64,000 bases of DNA from Planctomycetota bacterium (GTDB taxonomy: Bacteria; Planctomycetota; UBA1135; UBA2386): NCBI GenBank assembly GCA_965223545.1, contig OZ245006.1, positions 32,001 through 96,000 on the forward strand, given 5' to 3'. Positions 9,670 through 19,196 of this stretch are shown here, one piece after another. The position numbers and the translations under genes are program-made. The notes beneath the pieces are model-generated. The model made no database searches. It was not told the origin of the DNA and saw only the letters and a program-made list of their open reading frames with translations. Each line of letters opens with the position of its first letter. The stretch's first letter is position 1.

Positions 9670-10590
9670 ATGGCCAAGAGGAAGCGACGCGCAACGGCTG
9701 CCGTGGTCGTGCTGCTCGGAGTGGCACTGTGGTTCTTGATCGACCTGCCCGGCGTGCCGCGGGAGGGCGGTCCGGGCGCCGGCGCACCGGCGACCGGTGC
9801 CCCGGTGCGCGGCCAGCTAACCGCGCCCGCCCGCAGTACCGCCGAGCTCGCGTCCAACCCGGGTACCGGCACCGCAGCGGCCGATCCCGCCGTGGTGCCG
9901 CTGCCGAGCACCGACGGGCCTGGCGTCCTCGATGGGTTGTACGGCGCCCTGCACGTCATTCGCGGCGCCATCGAGCGCGGCAGTCCGGCGGCGGGCTTCG
10001 CCGCGGTTGAACGGGCGACCCACCCCGACCTCAGCGACTGGGGGCGGGCGCAGCTCGACGACGCCACGGTGCAGCTCCGGCAGATGGTCGAAGCACAGCT
10101 CGAGGCCGTCGCCGAGGGGTTGGGCGAAGGCTCGGTGTTGGCGGTCGCCGGTCGACTCCAGCGTCTGCGCACGCCGCCGCACCACGAGGTCGAGACCGCA
10201 GTCGCCGCCGCGTGGGCGCGGCACGGCTGGCCCCGGCTGGCGCCGAGGGATGGCGCGCTGCCGTTGAGAGCCGAGCCGCTCGCGGCCAACCAGCGGGTTC
10301 GGATTCGCCATCGCGGCGAGGTGCGCGAGGGGCGGGTGGCCGCCACCGCCAACTCCGGAGAAGTCACCGTCCGGATCCGGGATGCCGAACAGGTCCAGTT
10401 CGGCATCGCCCCCCGCGCGGCCATCGAGCCCATCGATGCCACCGTCGATCAGGCGCTGGCTCAGCTGCGCGCCGCGCACACTGCCGGCGACGCACTGCTC
10501 GCGGAGCTGTGGTTGGTGCGCGTTTGGTTGTCGGCGCCCGACGATCCACGCATCGAGGCGTGGACCGACGGTGCCGTGCGGCGCCCCTGA
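9670..10590 (+). CDS. Hypothetical protein with N-terminal membrane anchor
   Basis: GAGGTG RBS; MAKRKRR followed by a hydrophobic helix; no recognised motif. Confidence 0.6.
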   Translation: MAKRKRRATAAVVVLLGVALWFLIDLPGVPREGGPGAGAPATGAPVRGQLTAPARSTAELASNPGTGTAAADPAVVPLPSTDGPGVLDGLYGALHVIRGAIERGSPAAGFAAVERATHPDLSDWGRAQLDDATVQLRQMVEAQLEAVAEGLGEGSVLAVAGRLQRLRTPPHHEVETAVAAAWARHGWPRLAPRDGALPLRAEPLAANQRVRIRHRGEVREGRVAATANSGEVTVRIRDAEQVQFGIAPRAAIEPIDATVDQALAQLRAAHTAGDALLAELWLVRVWLSAPDDPRIEAWTDGAVRRP

Positions 10591-10607
10591 GACGGGTCCG
10601 GCGTGGC

Positions 10608-12629
10608 CTACGCCGACCGAGGCGCGGCGGTCTCCGGCCGGCTGCCGACGACGAACAGCCAGAGGAGGAGCGCCCCGAGTCCGCCGACCAACGCCAAGGG
10701 CCACGCCGCCGGCGACCACAGCGCCATCGGCAGGTAGCCGAACAGCATGGCGACGGACATACCGAGTACGGCGTACGGCGCCTGGGTGCGGACGTGGTGC
10801 AAGTGGTCGCTGGCGGTGGCGACGGACGAAAGCACCGTGGTGTCACTGATCGGCGAGCAGTGGTCGCCGAAGATGCTGCCCTCGAGGACGGCGCCGATGC
10901 TGAGCAGCATGAGACCGACGCCGCCGATAGCCGCCGACTCGCCCACGGTGTGGGCGAGGACCACGACGTTCGGCAAGAGAATGGCCATCGTGCCGTACGA
11001 GGTCCCGGTCGAGAACGCGACCAGGGCCGCCAGCAGGAACAGCACGACCGGCAGCAACCACGCCGAGAACGCGCTCTGGAACGCCGCGGTCAAGTACTGC
11101 GCGGTGCCGAGGTCTTTGCACGTGTTGCCGATGGCCCAGGCCAAGACGAGGATGACGACCGCGAAGTACAGCGAGCTGAAAGAGCGGACCGCCGCGGCGG
11201 CGGTCTGCCGTGGGCGCAGCACTCCGCTGCCGATGGCCATCGCCGCGGCGACCAGCAGGGCGATGGCCGAAGAGTAGAGCAGCGCGCGCTCACTCTGCGC
11301 GTTGGCCAAGATGGCGCGCAGGTCATCGCCGAACGCTCCGCTCAAGGGGCCGCGATCGGGGTGGGTGTAGCCGAAGAACAGCATCAGCCCGAGCGCGCAC
11401 GAGACCAGCACGACGACCGGCACGAACGCGTTGCGGCCGCGAATCCGCGCGCCGCTGGGGGCCTCCAGCTCGGCCAGCCCCCGCGCCAGCATCGGCTTGG
11501 CGTCGTCCGCGGCCGGCTTGCCGTCGTGAACCGCGCGGCGCTCGGCGGCGAGCATCGGCCCGAACTCGCGGCGGGTCAGGATCGTCAACAGCACCAGCGC
11601 CAGCGTGAAGATGCAGTAGAAGCGGTACGGCAGGGTCTGCACGAACACCGAGAACGCGTCTCCCACGGTGTAGGCGACCTCCATCTCCACGCCGGTGACT
11701 GCGTCCCGCACGCGATGCGTGACCTCGGGCAGCTGGTCGCGGAACATCGAGATCTCGTAGGCGATCCAGGTCGACACGATCGAGATGCCGGCGATCGGCG
11801 CGGCGGTGGAGTCGACGATGTAGGCCAGCTTCTCGCGCGACACGCGATTGCGATCGCACAGGGGCCGCATGGTCGTGCCGGTGATGATGCAGTTGGAGTA
11901 GTCGTCGAAGAAGATAAGGATGCCGATGACGTAGCTGCACAGCTGCGTGCTGATCGGGCCGCGCGCGAACTTCCGCACCCATTCGACCATGCCTTGAATG
12001 CCGCCCGAACGCGCCATCACGCCGATCGCCATGAACAGCAGGATGACGAAGCCCATGATGCGCAGGTTGAAGCTCTGCAGCAGCACCCGGGCCCACAGGT
12101 TGTCGGTGACGAAGTACTGCACCCCGGCGAGTGCTCCACCCGTCGCCAGCCACGCCCCGACCAAGCAACCGAGCAGCAGCGAGGGGATGACCTTGCCGGT
12201 GAGGATCGCCAGGGCGATCGCGAGGAAGGCCGGGATCGTGCTGGTGCGATCGGGGTAGTAGCCCAGGCTGCCGTCGCGGGCGAGCGCGAGGCGTACCGGG
12301 GCTCCGCCCGCGCCGTCGCTCAGGCTGGCCGTGAAGCCGGCTTCGTCGACGTCGACATCGAGCCGGAGCGACTGCGTTGGCTCCACCTGCAGCTGGCGAG
12401 AGCGGGCCCACACCCGCACGGTGCGCTCGTAGTCCGCGGCGCGCGCCGCGGACTCGACGTCGGCGGCCAGCGGCGCGATCCGGCCGTCGACGACGAACTG
12501 CTGCAGCGCGGTGTCGTTGAGCCAGGCGCGGGTGCGCAGATAGGCGAGGTGGTCGTGGTCGACGTCGGGGATGGCGAAGTAGAGCGCGGCGAAAGCCGCG
12601 GCCAGCAGGTAGCGCAGTTTCCCGCCCAT
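10608..12629 (-). CDS. Na+/H+ antiporter NhaC family protein
   Basis: IFFDDY, SREKLAYIVDSTAAP, FSTGTSYGT, FGDHCSPISDTTVLSS, HVRTQAPYA; many TM helices. Confidence 0.92.
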   Translation of the reverse strand: MGGKLRYLLAAAFAALYFAIPDVDHDHLAYLRTRAWLNDTALQQFVVDGRIAPLAADVESAARAADYERTVRVWARSRQLQVEPTQSLRLDVDVDEAGFTASLSDGAGGAPVRLALARDGSLGYYPDRTSTIPAFLAIALAILTGKVIPSLLLGCLVGAWLATGGALAGVQYFVTDNLWARVLLQSFNLRIMGFVILLFMAIGVMARSGGIQGMVEWVRKFARGPISTQLCSYVIGILIFFDDYSNCIITGTTMRPLCDRNRVSREKLAYIVDSTAAPIAGISIVSTWIAYEISMFRDQLPEVTHRVRDAVTGVEMEVAYTVGDAFSVFVQTLPYRFYCIFTLALVLLTILTRREFGPMLAAERRAVHDGKPAADDAKPMLARGLAELEAPSGARIRGRNAFVPVVVLVSCALGLMLFFGYTHPDRGPLSGAFGDDLRAILANAQSERALLYSSAIALLVAAAMAIGSGVLRPRQTAAAAVRSFSSLYFAVVILVLAWAIGNTCKDLGTAQYLTAAFQSAFSAWLLPVVLFLLAALVAFSTGTSYGTMAILLPNVVVLAHTVGESAAIGGVGLMLLSIGAVLEGSIFGDHCSPISDTTVLSSVATASDHLHHVRTQAPYAVLGMSVAMLFGYLPMALWSPAAWPLALVGGLGALLLWLFVVGSRPETAAPRSA

Positions 12630-12666
12630 CGCCTGCAGGCTACACTCCGCGTCCGGATTCGACCCG

Positions 12667-13188
12667 ATGTCACCGCTACAATTCGCGCTGTTCTTCGCCG
12701 CCTTGCTGACCGGCTACGTGCTGGTTCACCTCAGGCTGGTCCGGTTCGAAGGCTACCTCCGCGAGATCGGTGGCCTCCGCCTGCTCAACGAGCGGCTGCA
12801 GGGAGTCGCCGACTCGCTCAAGCGCGCCGCCGTGGACCGGCTCGAAGAGAAGGTCGAGAGCGTGCACAACGAGCTGTCCGACATCCGTGCCGTGCTCGAG
12901 CGCATGGAGCGCGCGCCGGGCGCGCGGGCTGTGCCGGAAACCGGCGGGCGGGTCGCCGCCGAGAGCGAGCAGGATCGCGTCCGCGCCGCGGTCGAGGCAC
13001 GCCTGTTGGCGCTCGGCTACTCCAATCTCAACATCATCAGCGACCTGAGTGGGATGTCGCTGGCGGAGCCCGCCGAGATCACGGTCGAGTGTGAGAAAGG
13101 CAAGATCGCGCACAAGGGCAAGGTTCTGCTGGGCAACGGTGGCATCCGCGACATCCGCCTGCAGAACGTGACCCAGTCGTTCCCTTAG
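12667..13188 (+). CDS. Hypothetical membrane-anchored coiled-coil protein
   Basis: N-terminal TM helix, coiled coil, small C-terminal alpha/beta domain; host-like codon usage. Confidence 0.7.
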   Translation: MSPLQFALFFAALLTGYVLVHLRLVRFEGYLREIGGLRLLNERLQGVADSLKRAAVDRLEEKVESVHNELSDIRAVLERMERAPGARAVPETGGRVAAESEQDRVRAAVEARLLALGYSNLNIISDLSGMSLAEPAEITVECEKGKIAHKGKVLLGNGGIRDIRLQNVTQSFP

Positions 13189-13220
13189 CAGGCCGGCCGC
13201 AGGTCGCCCTCCACGCGTGG

Positions 13221-13925
13221 TCAGCGCGAGGCGAGGTGCTCCGCCGCCCGCCGTGCACCGTCGCGCAGCACGGGCCAAGGTGCGTCCGGGTCGAGGCCGA
13301 AGTCGGTGCCGCAGTGGCGCTGCAGGGTGGCGATCACCATCTGCCGTTCGAGCGCCCACCGCTGCCGGTCGGGCAGCCCGTGCTCGCCGTGCTCCGCGGC
13401 GTACGGAGTGCCGGCGACGAGAACGGCGCAGAGCATCGGTTGAGCCTCTCGCCGTTCGCCGAGATCGAGCAGCGCACACGCGGCGGCAGCCCGGGTGGTT
13501 GCCGCCACCGTGCGGTCGGCCGCCGCGGCGCGCAGCGCAGGCGCGGCGTCGGCCGCGCCGATCCGGCCGAGCGAGAGCGCCGCTTCCGGGCCGAGCGGAG
13601 GCGCGCGCCGCAGGTGCGCGAGCAGCACTTCGGCGGCGGTCCGGTCGCCGAGCTCGCCGAGGGTGAAGAGCGCGGCTTGGCTACCCGGCGCCCCGGGCAG
13701 GGCTTGCAGCGCATCGGCCAACGCTGGTGCGTCTCCTTCGGCGAGGACGGCGCGCATCGCGTCGGGCCACTCGTCGGGACCGGCGAGCAGGAGTCGGCGC
13801 GCCGCCGCGGAGCCGTCACCGGCGTCCACCGTGACGCAGCTTGTGGCGAGCAAGAGGAGGACGAGGGCGCCTCCGCGCGGGCCGGATCCGGTGGCCGGTC
13901 GAGATCTCGAGGCAAGCGTGACCAT
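13221..13925 (-). CDS. Putative lipoprotein with HEAT/PBS-like repeats
   Basis: Hydrophobic stretch ending LATSC; AALFTLGELGD and AALSLGRIGA repeats. Confidence 0.65.
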   Translation of the reverse strand: MVTLASRSRPATGSGPRGGALVLLLLATSCVTVDAGDGSAAARRLLLAGPDEWPDAMRAVLAEGDAPALADALQALPGAPGSQAALFTLGELGDRTAAEVLLAHLRRAPPLGPEAALSLGRIGAADAAPALRAAAADRTVAATTRAAAACALLDLGERREAQPMLCAVLVAGTPYAAEHGEHGLPDRQRWALERQMVIATLQRHCGTDFGLDPDAPWPVLRDGARRAAEHLASR

Positions 13926-13966
13926 GCGGGCGCGCAGTATAGCCGCGCGCTGCCGGTGCTCGTCGG

Positions 13967-16900
13967 TCAGCGGCCGTTCTGCGACAGGGCGGTGTAGCCC
14001 TGTACTTTGCCGCTCTCGAAGGCGAGCACCAGACGACCACCGGCGTCGGCCGCGACCGGGGCCAGCAGCCGGCTGTCGCTGCGCAAGAGGTACTGCACCT
14101 GCAGCGTCGCGCCATCGAGCACGCGCACCACGCCCGACCGGTCGCCGACCAGCACGACCCCGCCCGGCCCGACGGCGGGTGGCGAGCAGTACAGCGGCTC
14201 GCTGGGTTGGAACGCGATCGGCTCACCGTCGCGCGCCGCCAGAGCGAGCAGGTTGCGGTCACTGGCAACCAACACGCGGTCCCCCGCGACGACTGGCGTC
14301 AGCGCGAGCTCGCCCAGGCCGCGGCGCTGCCAGACCACATCGCCGGAGCGCAGAGTGCGCACCTCGAGGGCGCCGTCATCGCAGACTGAGGCGATCAAAT
14401 GACCGTCGGTGTGTGGCGCGGCTGCCACCCGCGACGACGTCGGCGAGCGCCAGATGACGCGACCGTCGCGGACGCGGACGCAGTGCAATGCGCCATCGCG
14501 CGTGGCGACGACCGCATGGCCGTTGACCGCTGCAATGTCGAACTCGACCCCGGCGCCGAGGTCGAGGCGGAAACCCTCGATCCAGGCCTGGCCGCCGCCT
14601 CGGTTGAAGCCGACGAGCGCGCCGTGGTGGGTGGCGACCAACAACGTGCTGCCGACCTTGACCGGCGCCGCCTCGCAGGGCAGGTTTTCGACCTGATGGG
14701 CCAGCCGTCCGGTGCGGGCGTCGAACCACCGCAGCCGGCCGTCGAACGAGGCCACCGCGATCTGATCGCCGCACAGAGCGGGGGACGGCAGCAAGCCGTT
14801 CGGGTCGCCGGTGGGGAACTTCCACGCCACCACCCCCGAGGCGAGGTCGATGGCGGCGACGGTGCCGGCGCGATCGACGACGTAGGCACGCCCTCTCCCA
14901 TCGCACACCGGCGCGCGCTCGACGGCGCCCGCCATCTCGGTGCTCCAGTCGGCGACTTTGGCGAGCGCCAGGGCGACGCGGGCGGTATCACCGCCCTCGA
15001 AGCGCACCTCTTCGGGTTGGAACCCGTCGCGGTCGATCGACACGACGGTTTCGCCGTCGGGGACGTAGCTTCCCAAGACCGGTGTCTGGCCGATCGTTGT
15101 GCCGTTGATGCTGACCGTGGCCCCGGCGGGCGTGGTCTCGACGCGCAGCGGCAGCCGTACCAGCCGCTGCACCGGCAGAGTCGGTTCCATCTGCGCGAGG
15201 TCGGTGAGGCCGCTGACCGCCTGCGCGTGCGCGCCGGCCTCGGTCGCGGCCTGGATCGCGCGGAGCTGGGTCAGGATCGCCTCGTAGCGCTGTACGCGCC
15301 GGACGAACGTCTGCTTGAGCTCGTTGTTCTTCGGATACTCCCTGGCCAGCGTGCGGTACGCCTCGAGAGCAGCGGCGAAGTCGTAGTTGGCCTCGTGCTC
15401 GCGCGCCGCCAAGAAGACCGGCTGCAGCCGCTCCTCGACGGCGGCCTGCGACAGCGCCGTTTCGTAGGTCGAGCGCACGTTGCCGGCCGCATCGAACGCG
15501 CGCAGGACCGTCCGGCAGTCCTGCAGCAGCGCCAGGCGTTGTCCCTCGGTCAGCCACTCGCTGAGCAGCGCACCCTCGGCGGCGGCGAGAGCGCCTTGCG
15601 CGATCGCCCGGTCCATGTCCTGGAAGCGCTCGTCGATCTGGCGCAAGACCAGCCGGCGGCGTTCGGGCGAGTCGGTCGACTGCGCCGGCGGTGGCACCTG
15701 CTCGGGCAGACTCTTGGCGAGGATCTCGATCTGCTGGGGGAGTCGACTGAGGCGGCCGTTGGAGGCGTCGCGCACCAGCTGCTCGAACTCGGTGTTGAGC
15801 AACAGCTCGCGGTACAGCAGGACGGCGGCCTCGACGTCGCCGCGGGCGAGATGGTTGGCAGCGACCCCGAGGTCGCGCCGGATCGCGCCCTCCCGCGAGG
15901 AGCGCACGTCGCTGCTCTGCCGTTGCTGCTGCGCGAGAACGTCCCGCTCGAGCGCGAGCAGCTCCGGCCGGTCGCCGAACTCGGCGCGGGCGTTGGCGAT
16001 CAGCTGGGGCAAGCCGTCGGTCAGGCTGCGGTCGAGCTGCTCGCGCAGGGTGGCCAGCACGCCCTGGAAGTCGCGCTCGAACAACGTGCCGCTGAGCAGG
16101 CTGTGCCCGGCGAACAGCGTGCCGGCGACCACCGTGATGATCGCACCGACGCGCATCTTGCGCGCGCGCGCGCTGCTGCGCAGGGTCACCAACGCCTTGG
16201 CGATGTCGCGGCGCCGGCTGTCGAGCATCATGATCTGCTCGTAGACTTTGATCAGCTCTTCGCGCCGCTTGTCTTGCTTGAGGAACTCGGTCAGCCGGGT
16301 CAGCTCGATCACCGCCTCGGGGATGCGGTCGAGCTTCTGCAGGAGCTTCGCCTTGCGGCTCAGGATGGCCACCGGGTCGCCGCCGAGGTTCTCCAGCTGC
16401 TCGACCGCGCGTAGCGCGCGCTCCTCCTTGCCCTCCTGCAGCAGCGCCTCGATGAGGTCGGCGGTGACTTGGCGCGGCTCGTCGCCCTCGACGTTGCGAG
16501 CCAGCAGCATGTCGAGGAGGTACTGCAGGATGTCCGTCGAGCGCTTGTCGAGCCGGCACGCCTCGCGCGCCAGCTCCAGCGCCTCGTCGGGATCCTCATC
16601 CTGGGTGTCGGCGCTCTTGCGCCACAGGGTCTGCGCCGCCATCCGCGGCTCGGCGCAGCGCTCCATGGCGGCGGCCAGCTCGCGGGTGGTCACCAGATCG
16701 AGCTTCTCGCCGCGGTCGACGAGGGTGCGCAGCGTCACTACCGCGCGCCGGGTGTCGTTCCGCAGGCGCTGCATCTCGGCGACCGCCAGCAGCTCGTCGG
16801 GCCGGGCCAGCTCGACGAGGTTCCACTCGTTGAGATCCTTCAGGGTCCGCGCGCAGTCGAACAGCCCGAGCACGGTGTGGTCCGGCAGCTCGCGCACGCT

Positions 16901-17611
16901 GCGGGTGCCGTCCAGCGCGTGCAGCACGGTCAGGTGATCGCCCGAGAGCTCGCCGGTGTCCGACTCCTCGATCGGCAGGAAGATCTCGTCGACGCTGTGC
17001 AGCTGGGCGTTGATCAGATCCCACTCGTCCGAGCGGCGGGCGACCTCGAGCAGGACGCCGTTGACCTCGAACCGGGGCAGCCGTTCCAGCCGCTCGGCGC
17101 CCTCGAACTGCGGAGCACCGCGGTAGAACTCGAACGCACCCTGCTGCCACGTGAACAGGGAGTACAGGTCTTCGGCGGCCTGGTAGTAGGCGACGTCCTC
17201 GATCGCACCCTCGTCGATGACCCCTTCCTCGACGAGAATCTGGCCTAGGGGGCGGGGGTTTTGCCGCTGCAGATCGAGGGCGTGGCGCACCTCGTCGGGG
17301 CTGACCAAACCGGCGCGGATGAGCCGCTGGCCGAGGCGGCGGTTCTCGTTGCGACCCGAGCCGAAGTCCTTGACGAAGCCGTCCTCGAAGAAGAGCATCC
17401 GTTGCTCGAGCGGATGACTCAGCTTGAGGACGCCGACCATTTTTGACATCGCCAGGGTCTGGAAGATGTCGGACAGCTCGATCTTCTGCAGATCGCCCGA
17501 CATCGTGACCTCTTGCGCGCCGGCGTCAATCGGGATCGACGCCGGCTCGGTGAGGCCCGACAGGGACGCGGGGCCTTCGTCGAGGAGCAGGTGGTCTTGG
17601 TCTTGGCTCAT
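13967..17611 (-). CDS. DUF4388 + MshEN-like + TPR-like + TM + PEGA + PQQ-like beta-propeller protein
   Basis: GDL..h.LSDIFQ.L...K..G.L (DUF4388), RLGQRLIRAGLV, LFTW..GAFEF, helical repeats, TM (VGAIITVVAGTLF), ETTPAGATVSING (PEGA), AID..SG...WKF propeller repeats. Confidence 0.82.
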   Translation of the reverse strand: MSQDQDHLLLDEGPASLSGLTEPASIPIDAGAQEVTMSGDLQKIELSDIFQTLAMSKMVGVLKLSHPLEQRMLFFEDGFVKDFGSGRNENRRLGQRLIRAGLVSPDEVRHALDLQRQNPRPLGQILVEEGVIDEGAIEDVAYYQAAEDLYSLFTWQQGAFEFYRGAPQFEGAERLERLPRFEVNGVLLEVARRSDEWDLINAQLHSVDEIFLPIEESDTGELSGDHLTVLHALDGTRSVRELPDHTVLGLFDCARTLKDLNEWNLVELARPDELLAVAEMQRLRNDTRRAVVTLRTLVDRGEKLDLVTTRELAAAMERCAEPRMAAQTLWRKSADTQDEDPDEALELAREACRLDKRSTDILQYLLDMLLARNVEGDEPRQVTADLIEALLQEGKEERALRAVEQLENLGGDPVAILSRKAKLLQKLDRIPEAVIELTRLTEFLKQDKRREELIKVYEQIMMLDSRRRDIAKALVTLRSSARARKMRVGAIITVVAGTLFAGHSLLSGTLFERDFQGVLATLREQLDRSLTDGLPQLIANARAEFGDRPELLALERDVLAQQQRQSSDVRSSREGAIRRDLGVAANHLARGDVEAAVLLYRELLLNTEFEQLVRDASNGRLSRLPQQIEILAKSLPEQVPPPAQSTDSPERRRLVLRQIDERFQDMDRAIAQGALAAAEGALLSEWLTEGQRLALLQDCRTVLRAFDAAGNVRSTYETALSQAAVEERLQPVFLAAREHEANYDFAAALEAYRTLAREYPKNNELKQTFVRRVQRYEAILTQLRAIQAATEAGAHAQAVSGLTDLAQMEPTLPVQRLVRLPLRVETTPAGATVSINGTTIGQTPVLGSYVPDGETVVSIDRDGFQPEEVRFEGGDTARVALALAKVADWSTEMAGAVERAPVCDGRGRAYVVDRAGTVAAIDLASGVVAWKFPTGDPNGLLPSPALCGDQIAVASFDGRLRWFDARTGRLAHQVENLPCEAAPVKVGSTLLVATHHGALVGFNRGGGQAWIEGFRLDLGAGVEFDIAAVNGHAVVATRDGALHCVRVRDGRVIWRSPTSSRVAAAPHTDGHLIASVCDDGALEVRTLRSGDVVWQRRGLGELALTPVVAGDRVLVASDRNLLALAARDGEPIAFQPSEPLYCSPPAVGPGGVVLVGDRSGVVRVLDGATLQVQYLLRSDSRLLAPVAADAGGRLVLAFESGKVQGYTALSQNGR

Positions 17612-17735
17612 CGGGTGTTTCCCGGGCGCAGCCACCCCGGCGGCGACAGCGGCAGGCTTCCCGCTTCGAGCTATCGGCACTCTCTGTCTCCTCGCTCAAC
17701 CGGGCTTGGCGCAGCCTCCGTCCGAGCTCCTCACC

Positions 17736-19148
17736 ATGGGTGATGGCCGCGGTCTGGCCTGGCCCGAGCTGTCGGAGATGCTGCGCGAGCGCAGTGGCGA
17801 CCGCGTGCGCGAGGCACTGCAGCAAGCCCATACCATCGGACCGAGCGCGGCGGCAGCCATCAGCCAACTGCACGGCGCCCGGCCGCGCGCCGAGCGCGGC
17901 CGGCTGATCGGCGCTCTGGCCGCGGCGCTCGGCGCCGGCAACGAGGACCGCCTGGTCGAGGCCGTCAGCGAGAGCAACAGCACGACGCAGGAACGGTTGA
18001 TGGCCCTGCTGGCAATCGCGCTCGGGCCGCGGTGTCGGACCAGCCTGCCCGGCCTGGCCGCGTGGCGCGACGAACGTCCCCCGGCGGCCGAGCGGGTGGC
18101 CCTGTGCCTGGCGCTGTCGCGCTGTGGCGAGCCACCGGCTGTCGATTGGTTCGGCACCGGTTTGCGCCAGGACCCCGGAGTGCTCGCCGCGGCGCTGATC
18201 GCCGGAGTGCGGCCGCCGGCCGCAGTGCTCGAACGCTGGACCGCGGTGGAGGACGCCGAGGTGGACGAGCGCCACTGGTTGGTCTGGCGCGGGCTGCTGG
18301 CGGCGCCCGCGGCCGCTGGGCTGGCGAGCTGGCAGGCGGCGGTGGGCCGGCGCGCGCTCGCCACCGCCGCCGATTCGGCCGCCGACCTCCGCGCGGCGGC
18401 GGCGGCCTGGGTGGCGCGCAACCCCTCCGCTCTCGACACGCGGCCGCAAGCCGCGCTGCTGCGGGTGATCGCCGGCTCGGCGGCCGGCCGCGCCCGCGCG
18501 CAGGAGCTCGGCGCGCTGGTCGCCGTGCCGTCCAGCCGGTTCGAGCTCGAGCTGCGCCGGGCTCTGGCGGTCCAGTTCGCGCTGGCCGCGCCGCTGCCCG
18601 CCCTGCAGGTCGCCGCGGTCGAGTGGCGACAGGCCCCCGAACTCAGCGGCGACGTCTGCCTGGCGCTGGCGCTGCGTTGTCTCATCCGCGCCGCGGACCG
18701 CGCAGCGATCGGCGCGCTTTGCATCGGCGGCCCGCTCGACCGCGTCGAGGAGGCCTGGTGGGTGTCGGTGATCGTCGGCGCCGCCACCAGTTCCGAACCG
18801 CCCGCCGGCCTCCCCCCGGTGCTGGCCGCCACCGCCGCGTTGGCGCTCGAGGGGCGGGCCGGTGAAGAGTCCATCGGCCGGCAGCTGGAACTCGAGCTGT
18901 GGCAGCGCGGGACCCACCCGGGCCGGGCGCTCTACGCCGTGCACGCCGTGCTGGTGCGCGACTTGTTGGTGACCGGCTCGATCTACGTGGAGAAGCGGTT
19001 GGGGCGGGTGCGCTCGTTCGACTATCTGCCGCCCGGCCTGGAGCGCGGGGACCGCACACTGTTCGAGCCGCTCTACGAGTTCTTCGAGTGGCGCGCGGAC
19101 CTGGGACTGGTGCCGGCCGAGTACGCGCTCGCGCCGCGTTCCGGCTGA
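17736..19148 (+). CDS. Hypothetical alanine-rich helical-repeat protein (start uncertain)
   Basis: Long ORF divergent from the DUF4388 gene; first in-frame ATG outside the overlap is 17736, although an upstream segment looks signal-like. Confidence 0.55.
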   Translation: MGDGRGLAWPELSEMLRERSGDRVREALQQAHTIGPSAAAAISQLHGARPRAERGRLIGALAAALGAGNEDRLVEAVSESNSTTQERLMALLAIALGPRCRTSLPGLAAWRDERPPAAERVALCLALSRCGEPPAVDWFGTGLRQDPGVLAAALIAGVRPPAAVLERWTAVEDAEVDERHWLVWRGLLAAPAAAGLASWQAAVGRRALATAADSAADLRAAAAAWVARNPSALDTRPQAALLRVIAGSAAGRARAQELGALVAVPSSRFELELRRALAVQFALAAPLPALQVAAVEWRQAPELSGDVCLALALRCLIRAADRAAIGALCIGGPLDRVEEAWWVSVIVGAATSSEPPAGLPPVLAATAALALEGRAGEESIGRQLELELWQRGTHPGRALYAVHAVLVRDLLVTGSIYVEKRLGRVRSFDYLPPGLERGDRTLFEPLYEFFEWRADLGLVPAEYALAPRSG

Positions 19149-19196
19149 CAGGGTCTCGCCGCACGGCGCGGCGCCGCTGATCTCAGTGTTGGCGGC

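Noticed and set aside
17424..17735. Extended N-terminus of the 574-aa ORF overlapping the DUF4388 gene
   Set aside because: The first ~60 codons are antisense to a well-supported gene; the real start is more likely downstream.
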